A stretch of 64,000 nucleotides of DNA from an uncultured Chloroflexia bacterium (lineage in GTDB: Bacteria > Chloroflexota > Limnocylindria > Limnocylindrales > CSP1-4): the NCBI GenBank assembly GCA_963778815.1, contig CAVZVS010000005.1, positions 30,653 through 94,652 on the forward strand, read 5' to 3'. Shown piece after piece: positions 1 through 10,307 of this stretch. A program made the translations under genes and the position numbers. The notes beneath the pieces are model-generated. The model saw only the letters and a program-made list of their open reading frames with translations. It searched no databases and was not told where the DNA came from. The stretch's first letter is position 1. Each line of letters opens with the position of its first letter.

Positions 1-1
1 C

Positions 2-826
2 GTCTTCCATACCGTCGACGTCCTGGCCGGCGTGGTCATGACCCAGATCATCCGGGCCGGTGCGCCAGTCCTGTTCGGCGGGGCGCCGGCGACGTTCCAC
101 ATGCGCCTGGCCAGCTCGCCGATGGCGGCCATCGAGGCGCTCCACCTCGACGTGGCCTACGTCGCGGTCGGCAAGCACCTCGGCTTGCCGACCCAGTCCT
201 ACATGGCCCTCTCGGACGGCAAGATCCTCGACGCCCAGGCCGGCGCGGAGACGTTCGGCAGCGCCCTGCTGGCGGCCCTGGCCGGGGTCAACTCGGTGTC
301 TGGACCGGGCATGCTCGACTTCGTCCTGGTGTTCAGCCTGGCCAAGCTCGTCTTCGACGACGAGATGTGCGGCCAGGCGCTCCACTTCGTCCGCGAGGTC
401 AAGCCGCTCGGCGATCTGCCCACGATGGCCCTGGTCAACCAGGTGATGACCGAGCAGCACCTAATCATGGCCCAGCATACCCTCGACCACTGGCCGACCG
501 AGCTGTACCTGCCATCCGCGGTGACCGATCGCGACAACCGCGAGAACTGGCTCAAAGCCGGTGGGCGGGATGCCGGCCAACGGGCCGTCGAGGAGGTCGA
601 CAAACGGCTGGCCGCCTACCAGCCGGTGACGACCGACTCGGCTCTCGACGCCGAGCTGCGCCGGATCATCAGCGCCGGCCTGCGCGACCAGGAGCACCTG
701 CCCGAGCTGCCGGTGGCTGGTGAGCCCGTCCCGCTCGAGGATCCGACCGGCGGTCGTCGCCCCAACGCTCGACGAGCCGCTCGCCCAGCCCCAGCCCCGC
801 CCAGCCAGGAGGACCCGCCGTCATGA
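2..826 (+). CDS. Trimethylamine:corrinoid methyltransferase (MttB/MtgB) family protein, 5' truncated by window edge
   Basis: Frame open from window start; motifs [29 protein letters not shown]...[10 protein letters not shown] typical of the MttB superfamily C-terminal half; Leu (YMAL-SD), not amber, at the apparent pyrrolysine position. Confidence 0.85.
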   Translation, partial: VFHTVDVLAGVVMTQIIRAGAPVLFGGAPATFHMRLASSPMAAIEALHLDVAYVAVGKHLGLPTQSYMALSDGKILDAQAGAETFGSALLAALAGVNSVSGPGMLDFVLVFSLAKLVFDDEMCGQALHFVREVKPLGDLPTMALVNQVMTEQHLIMAQHTLDHWPTELYLPSAVTDRDNRENWLKAGGRDAGQRAVEEVDKRLAAYQPVTTDSALDAELRRIISAGLRDQEHLPELPVAGEPVPLEDPTGGRRPNARRAARPAPAPPSQEDPPS

Positions 827-1992
827 CCAGCCAGACCGCCCCGGCGACCGACGCTTCGAGCACCCTCTACTTCGGGCCGTGGTATCGGCGCTCGCCGTTC
901 TTCGAGAAGACCCTCGAGGCCGGCTGCAGCGCCTACGACATCTACAACCACATGTACCTGCCCGGCTACTACGCTGACCCGATCGAGGAGTACTGGGCTC
1001 TGCTCAACGACGTCACGGTCTGGGACGTGGCGGTCGAGCGGATCGTCGAGATCAGCGGCCCGGATGCCTCGGCCTTCACCAACATGCTGACCTGCCGCGA
1101 CCTGACCACGTGCGCGGTGGGCCAGGGCAAGTACGTCCTGATCACGGCCGAGGACGGCGGCATCGTCAACGATCCCGTCCTGCTCCGGGTCGAAGCGGAC
1201 CGCTGGTGGCTGGCCCTGGCTGATTCCGACGCCGGCCTGTGGGCCCGCGGCGTAGCCACCTACGCGGGCATGGACGTCAAGGTCCGCGAGCCCGAGATCT
1301 ACCCGGTCCAGGTCCAGGGCCCGAAGTCGAAGGAGGTCATGCGGACGCTGTTCGGCGACGCCGTCCTCGACATCAAGTACTACTGGACGATGACCACCGA
1401 GCTCGACGGGATCCCGGTCGTCATCAGCCGGACCGGCTGGACCGGTGAGGTCGGCTACGAGATCTACCTCCAGGACCCGTCCCGTGGCGGCGACCTGTGG
1501 GACCGCCTGATGGAGGCCGGCAAGCCCCACAAGATCCGCCCGATCGCTCCCTGCGAGGCGCGCCGGATCGAGGCCGGCATCTTCAACTACGGCTCGGACA
1601 TGACCATCGCCGACAACCCGTTCGAGGTGATGGGCCTGGAGCGGCTGGTCGAGCGGCAGGAGGCCGACTACATCGGCAAGGCGGCCCTCGAGGAGATCCG
1701 GGTGCGCGGGGTCAGGCGCAAGCTGGTCGGCATCGAGGTGGCCGGCGACGCGCTCCCGTTCGAGCTCTCGCGCAAGTGCGCTGCGCTCCACGATGGCCAG
1801 GCGGTCGGGACGGTGACCGACCTGATCTGGTCGCCCCGGCTCGAGAAGAACATCGGCTATGTCTGGGTCCCGATCGAGCTGGCCGGTGCCGGGACGCCGC
1901 TCGAGATCGTCGCCCCGGACGGCGGGATCTGGCCGGCCAAGACGGCGGCGATCCCGTTCCTCGATCCGAAGAAGGCCGTCCCCCTGGGCTGA
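823..1992 (+). CDS. Folate-dependent aminomethyltransferase/demethylase (GcvT family, DmdA-like)
   Basis: [52 protein letters not shown]; ATGA overlap with upstream gene. Confidence 0.85.
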   Translation: MTSQTAPATDASSTLYFGPWYRRSPFFEKTLEAGCSAYDIYNHMYLPGYYADPIEEYWALLNDVTVWDVAVERIVEISGPDASAFTNMLTCRDLTTCAVGQGKYVLITAEDGGIVNDPVLLRVEADRWWLALADSDAGLWARGVATYAGMDVKVREPEIYPVQVQGPKSKEVMRTLFGDAVLDIKYYWTMTTELDGIPVVISRTGWTGEVGYEIYLQDPSRGGDLWDRLMEAGKPHKIRPIAPCEARRIEAGIFNYGSDMTIADNPFEVMGLERLVERQEADYIGKAALEEIRVRGVRRKLVGIEVAGDALPFELSRKCAALHDGQAVGTVTDLIWSPRLEKNIGYVWVPIELAGAGTPLEIVAPDGGIWPAKTAAIPFLDPKKAVPLG

Positions 1993-2063
1993 TCCAGGCC
2001 TCGATCCGGGTCCATCGGACGCCCCACCTACAGCCCATCTTTACCCGCCACGGAGAACTACCC

Positions 2064-3371
2064 TTGACCGCCCCCGACGAGCTCCTGTCGCCGCTGACCC
2101 CGACCGAGATCGCGTCCGTCCGTCGCGAGTACCGGGCGGCCTCGCTCCTGCCCAAGCGGGCGTATCACGACCCGGCCATCTTCGACTGGGAGCGACAGCA
2201 CGTCGTTCGGACCGACTGGGTGATGGTCGGCCGCGAGTCGGACACGCCCGATCCGGGGACCTACGCCCTGGTCGAGCTCGACGGCGAGAGCATCATCGTG
2301 GTCCGCGGCCGGGATGGCCGGTTGCGTGCCTTCTTCAACGTCTGCCGCCACCGGGGCACGGCGGTGGCCGAGGAATCGTGCGGCAAGATCGTCCGGTTCC
2401 AGTGTCCGTATCACGCCTGGATCTACGACCTCGAGGGCCAGCTCGTGCGGGCCAAGCACACCGAGGATCTCGAGGACTTCAGCTTCGAGCGGTTCGGCCT
2501 GGCCAGCGTCCGGCTGGACACCTGGCAGGGCTTCGTCTTCCTCAACCTGGACCCGGACGCGGCGCCGCTCAGCGCGCAGCTGGGCGACCTGGTCGAGCAC
2601 TGGAGCCGATTCGACTTCGGCAGCTTGCGTTCAGCTCGGCGGGTCGAGTACGACATCGCCGCCAACTGGAAGTTCGTGGCCGAGAACTACAGTGAGTGCT
2701 ACCACTGCCCGGGGGTCCACCCTCAACTCAACAAGCTCACCCCGTACGACCTGGGCGGCGACTTCGATCCGCACGGCGCCTGGCAGGGTGGCTGGATGGA
2801 GCTGGTCGACTCGGCCGAGACGATGTCGCTCGACGGGGGCCTCGGGTCGAGGGACGGGCGGCCGTCGATGGCCGGGATCACCGACCTCGACGAGCGTCGG
2901 ATCTACTACTACGTCCTGTGGCCGACGACCTTCCTGTCGATCCACCCCGACTACCTGCTGGTCCATCGACTCGTGCCGCAGGGGCCGGACCGGACGATCA
3001 TCGTGTGCGACTGGCTGTTCGAGGCCGAGACGATGGCTCAGCCCGGCTTCGATCCGTCCGATGCGGTCGCCTTCTGGGACCTGACCAACCGCCAGGACTG
3101 GCACGTGTGCGAGCTCCAGCAACGGGGCACGAAGTCGAGCTCGTGGGTGGCCGGGCGCTACACGGACGCCGAAGCGTCGGTCCATGCCTTCGACCAGATG
3201 GTGGCCGATCGTTATGCTGGCCAGACCACCTGGTCGCAGCGGATCGTGCGCGAGCGCTACGACGTCCCGCCGCCCAAGGCCGAGCCGGTCGATGTCCCGG
3301 GCGCCGGGCCGAACGGAACCGCCCCCGGGGCGAGGACCGCCGCCCGGTCGAAGGCGACCAGCGCCCGCTGA
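2064..3371 (+). CDS. Rieske non-heme iron oxygenase alpha subunit (choline monooxygenase/GbcA-like)
   Basis: Rieske NVCRHRG and CPYHAW; mononuclear Fe motif ANWK...ENYSECYHC..VH and QDWHVCE; TTG start at 2064 after GGAG. Confidence 0.88.
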   Translation: MTAPDELLSPLTPTEIASVRREYRAASLLPKRAYHDPAIFDWERQHVVRTDWVMVGRESDTPDPGTYALVELDGESIIVVRGRDGRLRAFFNVCRHRGTAVAEESCGKIVRFQCPYHAWIYDLEGQLVRAKHTEDLEDFSFERFGLASVRLDTWQGFVFLNLDPDAAPLSAQLGDLVEHWSRFDFGSLRSARRVEYDIAANWKFVAENYSECYHCPGVHPQLNKLTPYDLGGDFDPHGAWQGGWMELVDSAETMSLDGGLGSRDGRPSMAGITDLDERRIYYYVLWPTTFLSIHPDYLLVHRLVPQGPDRTIIVCDWLFEAETMAQPGFDPSDAVAFWDLTNRQDWHVCELQQRGTKSSSWVAGRYTDAEASVHAFDQMVADRYAGQTTWSQRIVRERYDVPPPKAEPVDVPGAGPNGTAPGARTAARSKATSAR

Positions 3372-3420
3372 TCGGAGCGCACCCGAGGGGTCGGGTCACT
3401 CCGGTCGGAGGTGACGTCGG

Positions 3421-4230
3421 TCAGGTCTCGTCGGCCGCCAGCTTGCGTGTGTCCGCGCTGAACGCGCCTAGCTTCCAGGCGATCAGCAGGGCGACCGCCA
3501 CGACCGCCACGATGATCGTCGAGATGGCGTTGATCTGGGGCGTGACCCCGAACTTGATCGCGCTGTAGATCGCCATCGGCAGGGTCGTCGACCCGACCCC
3601 GGCATTGAACGAGGTCACGATCAGGTCGTCGAACGAGAGGGCGAACGAGAGCATCGCCCCGGCCCCGATGGCCGGCGCGATGAGCGGCAGGGTCACGTGC
3701 CAGAACGCTCCGCCGGCCGATGCGCCCAGGTCCCGGGCGGCCTCCTCGAGACGCGGGTCGAGGCCGACCGCGCGGGCCCGGACGACGACGGCCACGTACG
3801 AGATGCAGAACGTGATGTGGGCCAGACCGATCTGCCCGAGCGAGCCCTTCTGGTGGAAGATCTGGCCGAAGAAGATGAGCAGGCTGATGCCCATGATGAT
3901 CTCCGGGGTGATCATCGGCAGCAGGATCAGGGTCTCCGTGGCGCCGCTGCCCCGAAAGCGCAGACGGGCCAGGCCGAGGCCCAGGAGGGTCCCCAGGATG
4001 GTCGCCCCGATGACCGCGATCACGGACACCTTGAGGGTCACTGACAGCGCATCCAGGAGCTGGGTGTTGGCCAGCAACTTGGGATACCAATCCGTGGTGA
4101 AACCGAGCCACACGAAGTTGCGCCGCGACTGGTTGAAGCTGAACACGATCAGGACGACGATGGGGGCGAACAGGAAGGCGTAGGTCAGCAGGGCCCACCC
4201 GGTCAGCCACGGATTGCGCCCCTGGTTCAC
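3421..4230 (-). CDS. potC: Polyamine-type ABC transporter permease (PotC-like)
   Basis: EEAARDLGA EAA loop, LSFDD, TTLP, 6 TM. Confidence 0.85.
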   Translation of the reverse strand: MNQGRNPWLTGWALLTYAFLFAPIVVLIVFSFNQSRRNFVWLGFTTDWYPKLLANTQLLDALSVTLKVSVIAVIGATILGTLLGLGLARLRFRGSGATETLILLPMITPEIIMGISLLIFFGQIFHQKGSLGQIGLAHITFCISYVAVVVRARAVGLDPRLEEAARDLGASAGGAFWHVTLPLIAPAIGAGAMLSFALSFDDLIVTSFNAGVGSTTLPMAIYSAIKFGVTPQINAISTIIVAVVAVALLIAWKLGAFSADTRKLAADET

Positions 4231-5111
4231 GAGCCGAGTGTTTCCCGGCGCAGCGTCTGGAGAGCCAGCAAGGTCCCGCCCAGGGTCAGGATCATGAGCA
4301 AGAAACCGAGCGCCGACCCGTACGGCCAGTCGCGCCCGCTGGTGAACAAGACCTGGACGATCTTGGCGATGGTCGTCGTCTGAGCGCCGCCCAGCAGGTC
4401 CGGCGTGACGTAGTCGCCGATGGCCGGGATGAACGTGAGCAGGGCCGCGGCCACGATCCCCGGCATGGTGATCGGCAGGGTCACGTGGAGGAACGCCTGG
4501 CGGCCGTTGGCGTACAGATCGCGGGCGGCCTGGACCAGGTTCTGGTCCATCCGGTCGATCGACACGAAGAGAGGCAGGATCGCGAACGGCAGGAAGCCGT
4601 AGACCATCCCCAGCACGACCGAGAAGTCGGTGTCCAGGAAGGGGATCGGCTCGCTGGTCAAGCCCAGCGTCTGGAGCAACGAGTTGAGCACGCCATTGTC
4701 GCGCAGGATGATCATCCAGGCGTAGGTCCGGATGAGATAGCTCGTCCAGAATGGGAGCATCACCAGGATCAGCAGGAGGATCTTGCGTCGACCGCCGTGG
4801 CGGGAGATCCAGTAGGCGATGGGGTAGCCGATGACGATCGACATGATCGTCGTGATGAACGCGTAGCGGAGCGAATTGAAGAAGGCCGGCAGGTACTCCG
4901 GTCGGGTCGCCTGGAAGTAGTTGTGCAGGCTCGGGTGGCTCAGGTCCACGTTGCCCGCAGCGTCCTTCGAACCGAGGCTGACCACGGCGATGATGATCAG
5001 CGGCACGATGAACAGGACGCCCAGCCAGACGACCCCGGGGAGGACGAAGAAGAGGCCGGGAAGCCGCTCGCGGAAGGGTCGCCGGAGGGGCGGGGCCCCG
5101 GCCGCACTCAC
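4227..5111 (-). CDS. potB: Polyamine-type ABC transporter permease (PotB-like)
   Basis: LPFWTSYLIRTYAW, YGFLPF.ILP, AARDL, DWPYGSA. Confidence 0.85.
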   Translation of the reverse strand: MSAAGAPPLRRPFRERLPGLFFVLPGVVWLGVLFIVPLIIIAVVSLGSKDAAGNVDLSHPSLHNYFQATRPEYLPAFFNSLRYAFITTIMSIVIGYPIAYWISRHGGRRKILLLILVMLPFWTSYLIRTYAWMIILRDNGVLNSLLQTLGLTSEPIPFLDTDFSVVLGMVYGFLPFAILPLFVSIDRMDQNLVQAARDLYANGRQAFLHVTLPITMPGIVAAALLTFIPAIGDYVTPDLLGGAQTTTIAKIVQVLFTSGRDWPYGSALGFLLMILTLGGTLLALQTLRRETLGS

Positions 5112-6352
5112 GCCTTCAGCGCGTTCCAGCGATTGGTGTACTTGTCGATGTCGGTGCCGACCTCGATCAGCTCGACCAGCTTGTCCAGGACGGCTGTGGC
5201 CGGGTTGATCCGGGGGTCACCCGAGATGGTCGGGTCGATCAGCGGCAGGGCCGCGGCGTTGGGGCCCATGTAGCCGATGAAGTTCGTGTTGGCGGCACTG
5301 ACGTTGGCGTCCAGGTTGAAGTCGATCCACAGGTTGGCCGCGACGGGATGCTCGGCCCCGGACAGGACGACCATCGTGTCCGAGCCGCGGATGGCGCCTT
5401 CCGCGGGCACGACGTACTGGGTCTTGGGCTTGTCGGCCAGCATCTGGAAGTAGTCGCCCGACCAGGCGTGGGTCAGCCACAACTGGCCGCTGGTCAGATC
5501 GCCGATGTCGTTGCTCGTGTACTTGCGCAGGAGCGGCTTCTGCTGCTCGAGCAGGGCCAGGATCGCATCGAGGTCTGCCTCCGACGTCGTGTTCGGGTCG
5601 AGCCCGAGCCGGAAGGCGCCGGCGGCGAAGACCTCGCGGACGTCGTCCAGCATCGCCATGTGGCCCTTGTACTTCTCGTCCCAGAGCGCGGTCCAGCTGG
5701 TCAGCTGATCCTTGATCTTGTCGCCGTCCCAGGCGAAGCCGGTGGTCCACCACATGTACGGCATCGAGTTGGCGTTGTCGGGGTCGTACTTCGGGTTGGT
5801 CCACTCGGTCCCGAGGTTGGTCGAATTGGGGATGAGGCCCTGGTCGAGCGGTGCGATGACCCCATCCTTGATCAAGTCCGGGATCCGGGTCGAGACCGGG
5901 TAGGTGACGTCGTAGCCGCCGCCCTTGCCATCGCTCCGGATCTTGGCGATCTGGGTGTCCTCGTCGGGGAACTTGTCGTAGGTGACCGCGATGCCGTACT
6001 TGTCCTGGAATTTCTGGACGGTGTCCTCGCCGACGTAGGCATCCCAGTTGTAGACGAACAGCTTGTCCTCGGGGCTCGGCACCGGGGTCGGTTCGGCGGT
6101 CGCGGTCGGGCTGGCGATGGCGGCCGCGCTGTCAGCGGGCGTCGGGACCGGTGCTGCCGAGGCAGGCGCCGCGGCGGATGCGCTGGCCGTCTCAGCCGTG
6201 CCGCAGGCGGCGATGATCGGGGTCAGAGCGGCCCCAGCCCCGACGATCGCGATCCGCGACAGGAGCTGCCGCCGGGTCAGCCGATGCTCGGCCATGTAGC
6301 GCACGACCATCCGTTCGAGGTCGATGCTGGAACCGTCGTACTCGTGACTCAC
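5108..6352 (-). CDS. potD: Polyamine ABC substrate-binding lipoprotein with Tat-like signal (PotD-like)
   Basis: TRRQLL...AAC signal; LFVYNWDAY, PYMWWTTG, SW..LWD, DD.RE, WSGD. Confidence 0.85.
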   Translation of the reverse strand: MSHEYDGSSIDLERMVVRYMAEHRLTRRQLLSRIAIVGAGAALTPIIAACGTAETASASAAAPASAAPVPTPADSAAAIASPTATAEPTPVPSPEDKLFVYNWDAYVGEDTVQKFQDKYGIAVTYDKFPDEDTQIAKIRSDGKGGGYDVTYPVSTRIPDLIKDGVIAPLDQGLIPNSTNLGTEWTNPKYDPDNANSMPYMWWTTGFAWDGDKIKDQLTSWTALWDEKYKGHMAMLDDVREVFAAGAFRLGLDPNTTSEADLDAILALLEQQKPLLRKYTSNDIGDLTSGQLWLTHAWSGDYFQMLADKPKTQYVVPAEGAIRGSDTMVVLSGAEHPVAANLWIDFNLDANVSAANTNFIGYMGPNAAALPLIDPTISGDPRINPATAVLDKLVELIEVGTDIDKYTNRWNALKA

Positions 6353-7461
6353 GCTGGAACCTCCGTGGGAGCCGGTCGATCGCCCAGGACGAGCGCGTCC
6401 TGGGGCGACCAGCTGATCTCGACATCGTCACCGGCGACGAAACGCCGGTCTGATTTGGGGGCGTGCGCACTGACGAGCGCCCCACCCTGGGTCCTGATGT
6501 GGTACTGGACGCTGGAGCCCATGTAGGCGGACTGCTCGACCCGGCCCTCGATCGTGGCGGGTCCACCGAGGCCCGGAGCGTTGACGACGATCGCCTCTGG
6601 CCGGACCGAGATCTCGAGCGCCTCACCCGGGGCCAGGACCGTGGCCAGGGCGGCCCGGCAGGCGTCGCCCCCGGTCAGCCGGATCGCGGCGACCACCCCG
6701 TCGAGCGTCTCGACCGTGCCCTTGAGCAGGTTGGTGGTGCCCATGAAGTCGGCCACGAAGCGGGTGGCGGGACGGTCGTAGAGGTCCTCGGGCAGGCCGA
6801 TCTGCTCGACCTTGCCCTTGTTCATCACCGCGATCCGGTCGCTCATCGTGAGCGCCTCCTCCTGATCGTGGGTGACGTACACGAAGGTGATCCCGACCTC
6901 GATCTGGATCCGCTTGAGCTCGAGCTGGAGATTGCGCCGCAGCTTGAGGTCGAGCGCCCCGAGCGGCTCGTCGAGCAGAAGCACCTGGGGACGATTGACC
7001 AGGGCTCGCGCCAGGGCGACCCGCTGCTGCTGACCGCCCGACAGCTCGTTCGGCTTGCGTCGACCGTACTCGGTCAGGTGGACCAGGTCGAGCGCCTCGC
7101 CGACCCGGGCCTTGACCTCGACCTCTTTGACCTTGTGCCGACGCAGCCCGAAGGCGATGTTGTCGTGGACGTTGAGGTGGGGGAACAGGGCGTAGCTCTG
7201 GAAGACCATGTTGACCGGCCGCTTATCCGGCGGCTCCATGGTCACGTCGACGCCGCGCAGCTCGATCCGGCCGGCGGTCGGGAGCTCGAAGCCACCGATC
7301 ATCCGGAGCGTGGTCGTCTTCCCGCAACCGGACGGTCCGAGCAGCGAGAAGAATTCCCCCGACCCGATCTCGAGCGAGATGTCGTCGACCGCGCGGACAT
7401 CGCGGAAGAGCTTCGAGACGCCCGTGAGACGGATCTCGGATACCGACCCGGAGATCGTCAT
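6349..7461 (-). CDS. potA: Polyamine ABC transporter ATPase (PotA-like)
   Basis: GPSGCGKTT, LSGGQQQR, LLLDEP, C-terminal TOBE-like region. Confidence 0.9.
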   Translation of the reverse strand: MTISGSVSEIRLTGVSKLFRDVRAVDDISLEIGSGEFFSLLGPSGCGKTTTLRMIGGFELPTAGRIELRGVDVTMEPPDKRPVNMVFQSYALFPHLNVHDNIAFGLRRHKVKEVEVKARVGEALDLVHLTEYGRRKPNELSGGQQQRVALARALVNRPQVLLLDEPLGALDLKLRRNLQLELKRIQIEVGITFVYVTHDQEEALTMSDRIAVMNKGKVEQIGLPEDLYDRPATRFVADFMGTTNLLKGTVETLDGVVAAIRLTGGDACRAALATVLAPGEALEISVRPEAIVVNAPGLGGPATIEGRVEQSAYMGSSVQYHIRTQGGALVSAHAPKSDRRFVAGDDVEISWSPQDALVLGDRPAPTEVPA

Positions 7462-7616
7462 GCGAGCCAGCCTACGGGACGGCTCGCGACCGACGCGGCG
7501 CCTGTCCCGTCAAGCGCAACCGGTGGGGTGTGGCGCGGCCATACGGCGCGCCTGCCTGGTTCGGTCATCGACTCCTCAACCGACCGTGGGCGCGGCCGAT
7601 GACGGAGCGTAGCGCA

Positions 7617-8558
7617 TCACCGGGAACTCGTCCCGGACGGCGGTCTGGTCCGCGAGGCGATCCGGGACAGGGCCCCATCCCAGTCGGCGTCGAAGGCCCG
7701 TCCAGGGCTGTCCAGGTCGATCACCAGGGGGGCGTGGTCGGACGGGATCGGCGGTCCCTTGCGCGCCTCGCGGTCGATCTCGGCCCAGACGACCCGCTCG
7801 ACGATCGGCTGGGTCACCAGCAGGTGGTCGATCCGCATCCCCAGGTTCTTGTGGAAGTTGCCGGCCCGATAGTCCCACCAGGTGTAGCGCCCCGACTCGG
7901 GGTGCTTGAGCCGATAGGCGTCGGTCAGGCCCCAGTCGAGGAGCGCCTGGAAGGCGTCTCGTTCGGGCGCCGAGACATGGGTCCCGCCATGGACCGCGGC
8001 CGGCTCCCAGACGTCGGCATCGGTCGGCGCGATGTTCAGGTCGCCGCCCAGGATCAGGACCTCGTCCGGGCTGCCCGTCTCATCAAGCCAGCGACGCAGC
8101 CGGCCGAACCAGTCCAGCTTGCCGCTGAAGAAGGGCGAACCCACGACCCGTCCGTTGGGTGCGTATAGGCTGACGATCCGGATCGGTCCACCGGCGGCGC
8201 CCGTCGGGTCGACCGTCGCGGCGACCATCCTGGCCTCATCCGACGGATCGAAGTCCTCCTCACCCACGGCCACCAGGGCACCCGGCCCACTGTCGCGGAC
8301 CGGCCCATCGCCGAAGTTGGTGACCACGTCGGCGGCGCCGAGGCCCTGGCGGATGGCGATGGCCACCCCGTTCCAGCGCCCCTCGCCGTGATGGACCAGG
8401 TCGTAGCCGGCCATCGCGAAGGCCATCAGCGGAGCGTCGTCGTCGCCCAACTTGGTCTCCTGGATGAGCAGGATGTCCGGGGCGGCCCGTTCGAGCCAGC
8501 CTTCGACCTTGTCCTGGCGGGCCTTGAGCGAGTTGACGTTCCAGGTCGCGATGCGCAC
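7617..8558 (-). CDS. xth: Exodeoxyribonuclease III / AP endonuclease
   Basis: IATWNVNS, QETK, GDLNIAP, YTWWDYR, RIDH, SDHAP. Confidence 0.93.
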   Translation of the reverse strand: MRIATWNVNSLKARQDKVEGWLERAAPDILLIQETKLGDDDAPLMAFAMAGYDLVHHGEGRWNGVAIAIRQGLGAADVVTNFGDGPVRDSGPGALVAVGEEDFDPSDEARMVAATVDPTGAAGGPIRIVSLYAPNGRVVGSPFFSGKLDWFGRLRRWLDETGSPDEVLILGGDLNIAPTDADVWEPAAVHGGTHVSAPERDAFQALLDWGLTDAYRLKHPESGRYTWWDYRAGNFHKNLGMRIDHLLVTQPIVERVVWAEIDREARKGPPIPSDHAPLVIDLDSPGRAFDADWDGALSRIASRTRPPSGTSSR

Positions 8559-8578
8559 GGTCGCCTACCGATGCCGGC

Positions 8579-9271
8579 TCAGAGTCGTTTTCCGCGCTGT
8601 CGGGCCAGATCGAACGTCGCGGTGTCGGCGATGGCCATGACCGCCATCGTCCCGGCCTGGACCGGATCGGACACGACCAGGTCGACCGCGCTCGTGATCG
8701 AGCCGACCATGTTCAAGGCGATGATCGGGATGCCCCTGGCCCGCAGCTCGTTGGCCGCCCGGGTGATGTCGCCACCCATGATCGAGCCGGCCAGGACCAG
8801 GAGCCGGGCGCGGGGCAGGTCGGCCACCGCCCGGACCGCGGCCGCGATGTTGTCCTCACCGACCAGGGGGATGGTATCGACGCTGATCCGCTCGCCGCGC
8901 AGATTGTGCCGATCCGCCTCGGTCACGGCACCCAGCGCGACCTGGGCCACCTGCGCTCCGCCGCCGACCACGATGACCCGCTTGCCGAAGACCCGTTCGA
9001 GGCTGCGGGTGATGTCGTGGCTGCGCAGGCCCGGCAGGTCGTCCACGACCTCGTCCAGACCGGCTTCGTCCAAACCCTCGACCTCGACCTCGATCTCGGC
9101 CCCGGCCGGGCCGCCATCGGTCGCCGCCAGGCGTCGGACGGTGCTCAGGTTGCGCAGCGTGCCGCCGGCCTGGCCGATCCGAGCCACCAGCGCCGGGATG
9201 GCCGTCGGAGCGTCGTCGAAGCTCAGCCGGATGGCGACGGCGGTGGGCGGGTCGGTCGCGCGGCGAGGCAT
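8579..9271 (-). CDS. ACT-like domain + DUF5612 protein (archaeal-type putative metabolic regulator)
   Basis: [59 protein letters not shown] recognised from archaeal homologues. Confidence 0.8.
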   Translation of the reverse strand: MPRRATDPPTAVAIRLSFDDAPTAIPALVARIGQAGGTLRNLSTVRRLAATDGGPAGAEIEVEVEGLDEAGLDEVVDDLPGLRSHDITRSLERVFGKRVIVVGGGAQVAQVALGAVTEADRHNLRGERISVDTIPLVGEDNIAAAVRAVADLPRARLLVLAGSIMGGDITRAANELRARGIPIIALNMVGSITSAVDLVVSDPVQAGTMAVMAIADTATFDLARQRGKRL

Positions 9272-9291
9272 CGGTCAGCGGCTCGCGAGGT

Positions 9292-9594
9292 TCAGGTGCC
9301 GGCGCTGGGAGGCGTGCCAGGCGAGGCATCGCGCTCGGCGACGACGTCGTTCACGCTCAGCTCGTCGGGCGAGAAGCCGGCCGTGGGATCGTGCTCCTCG
9401 AAGGCCAGGTCGATCGCCGCGAACGCCAGACGGGTCGCCACGGGGTCGCTGGTCGTGAGCATCAGGGCTCCATCGGTGTCCTCGGCGACGCCGACGATGC
9501 CGGTGATGTTCACGCCGCGGTCCCCGAGCGCCGCCGCCATCCGGGCGAGTGAGCCGGGCCGATCGTCGAGCCGAACCGTGAACCAGACGGTCAC
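9292..9594 (-). CDS. Single ACT-domain protein
   Basis: VRLDDRPGSLA..AAALG..GVNI; GGAGG RBS before GTG at 9594. Confidence 0.75.
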   Translation of the reverse strand: MTVWFTVRLDDRPGSLARMAAALGDRGVNITGIVGVAEDTDGALMLTTSDPVATRLAFAAIDLAFEEHDPTAGFSPDELSVNDVVAERDASPGTPPSAGT

Positions 9595-9655
9595 GTGGTG
9601 CACCTCCACTCGGGATGGTAGCGGGTCGCACGCTGCGACCGATACCCTTGGCGCG

Positions 9656-10033
9656 ATGCCCGCTCCGAACGACCAGCCCAGCATCCAGATCTTCGGTCTG
9701 CCCGACGACCGGGCGACCCGGGCGGCCCAGCGCTTCTTCAAGGAGCGACGGCTGGCGATCCATTTCGTCGACCTCCGACGCAAGCCGATGGCCGCCGGCG
9801 AGCTCCGTCGGTTCGTGGAACGGCTGGGAGCTGCCAACGTGGTCGACCGCGAGAGCAAGGCCTACCGCGATGCCGGCTTGGGCTACCTGACGATGAGCGA
9901 TGCCGACCTGGCTGAGCGGATGCTGGCCGACCAGCGACTTCTGCGCCTGCCCCTCGTCCGCCGGGGCAACGAGCTGAGCGCGGGCCCGGCGGAAGCGAGC
10001 TGGAAGGGTTGGCTGACGGTCAAGGGCGGCTGA
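9656..10033 (+). CDS. ArsC/Spx/MgsR-family thioredoxin-fold protein lacking cysteines
   Basis: IQIFG....TRAAQRFFKER..HFVDL, GEL.RF, LLRLPLVR; -10-like TACCCT 7 nt upstream of ATG. Confidence 0.75.
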   Translation: MPAPNDQPSIQIFGLPDDRATRAAQRFFKERRLAIHFVDLRRKPMAAGELRRFVERLGAANVVDRESKAYRDAGLGYLTMSDADLAERMLADQRLLRLPLVRRGNELSAGPAEASWKGWLTVKGG

Positions 10034-10095
10034 CGGTCAAGAAGCGGCCGACCCGGACTCGGCAGGTCCGCGCCTTGATCGCCGCCCGACGCTCA

Positions 10096-10278
10096 TCAGC
10101 GGCGGCGGAGCGTGTTCCAAACGAGGAAGACCCCGGCGGCCGCCACGACCATCCCGGCCACGGCCCAGAACCGGTCGCCCGACATGACGCTCCCCGGCAG
10201 GATCCCCATCCCCTGGCCGATCCAGAGCGTCCCCACGACCACAAGCACGATCGCGATCGCGATCCTCAGCCGATACAT
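10096..10278 (-). CDS. Small 2-TM membrane protein
   Basis: GGAGG RBS; hydrophobic segments with W..QG.G.LPGS.MSG..FW motif. Confidence 0.7.
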   Translation of the reverse strand: MYRLRIAIAIVLVVVGTLWIGQGMGILPGSVMSGDRFWAVAGMVVAAAGVFLVWNTLRRR

Positions 10279-10307
10279 CTCCACCTCCGCGGTGGCATCC
10301 TACGGGA

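Noticed and set aside
2-826. Pyrrolysine-containing MttB
   Set aside because: The aligned position is Leu and there is no in-frame TAG in the visible part
3395-3415. Hairpin between Rieske oxygenase and potC
   Set aside because: Short bulged stem with no U-tract; not distinguishable from chance in GC-rich DNA
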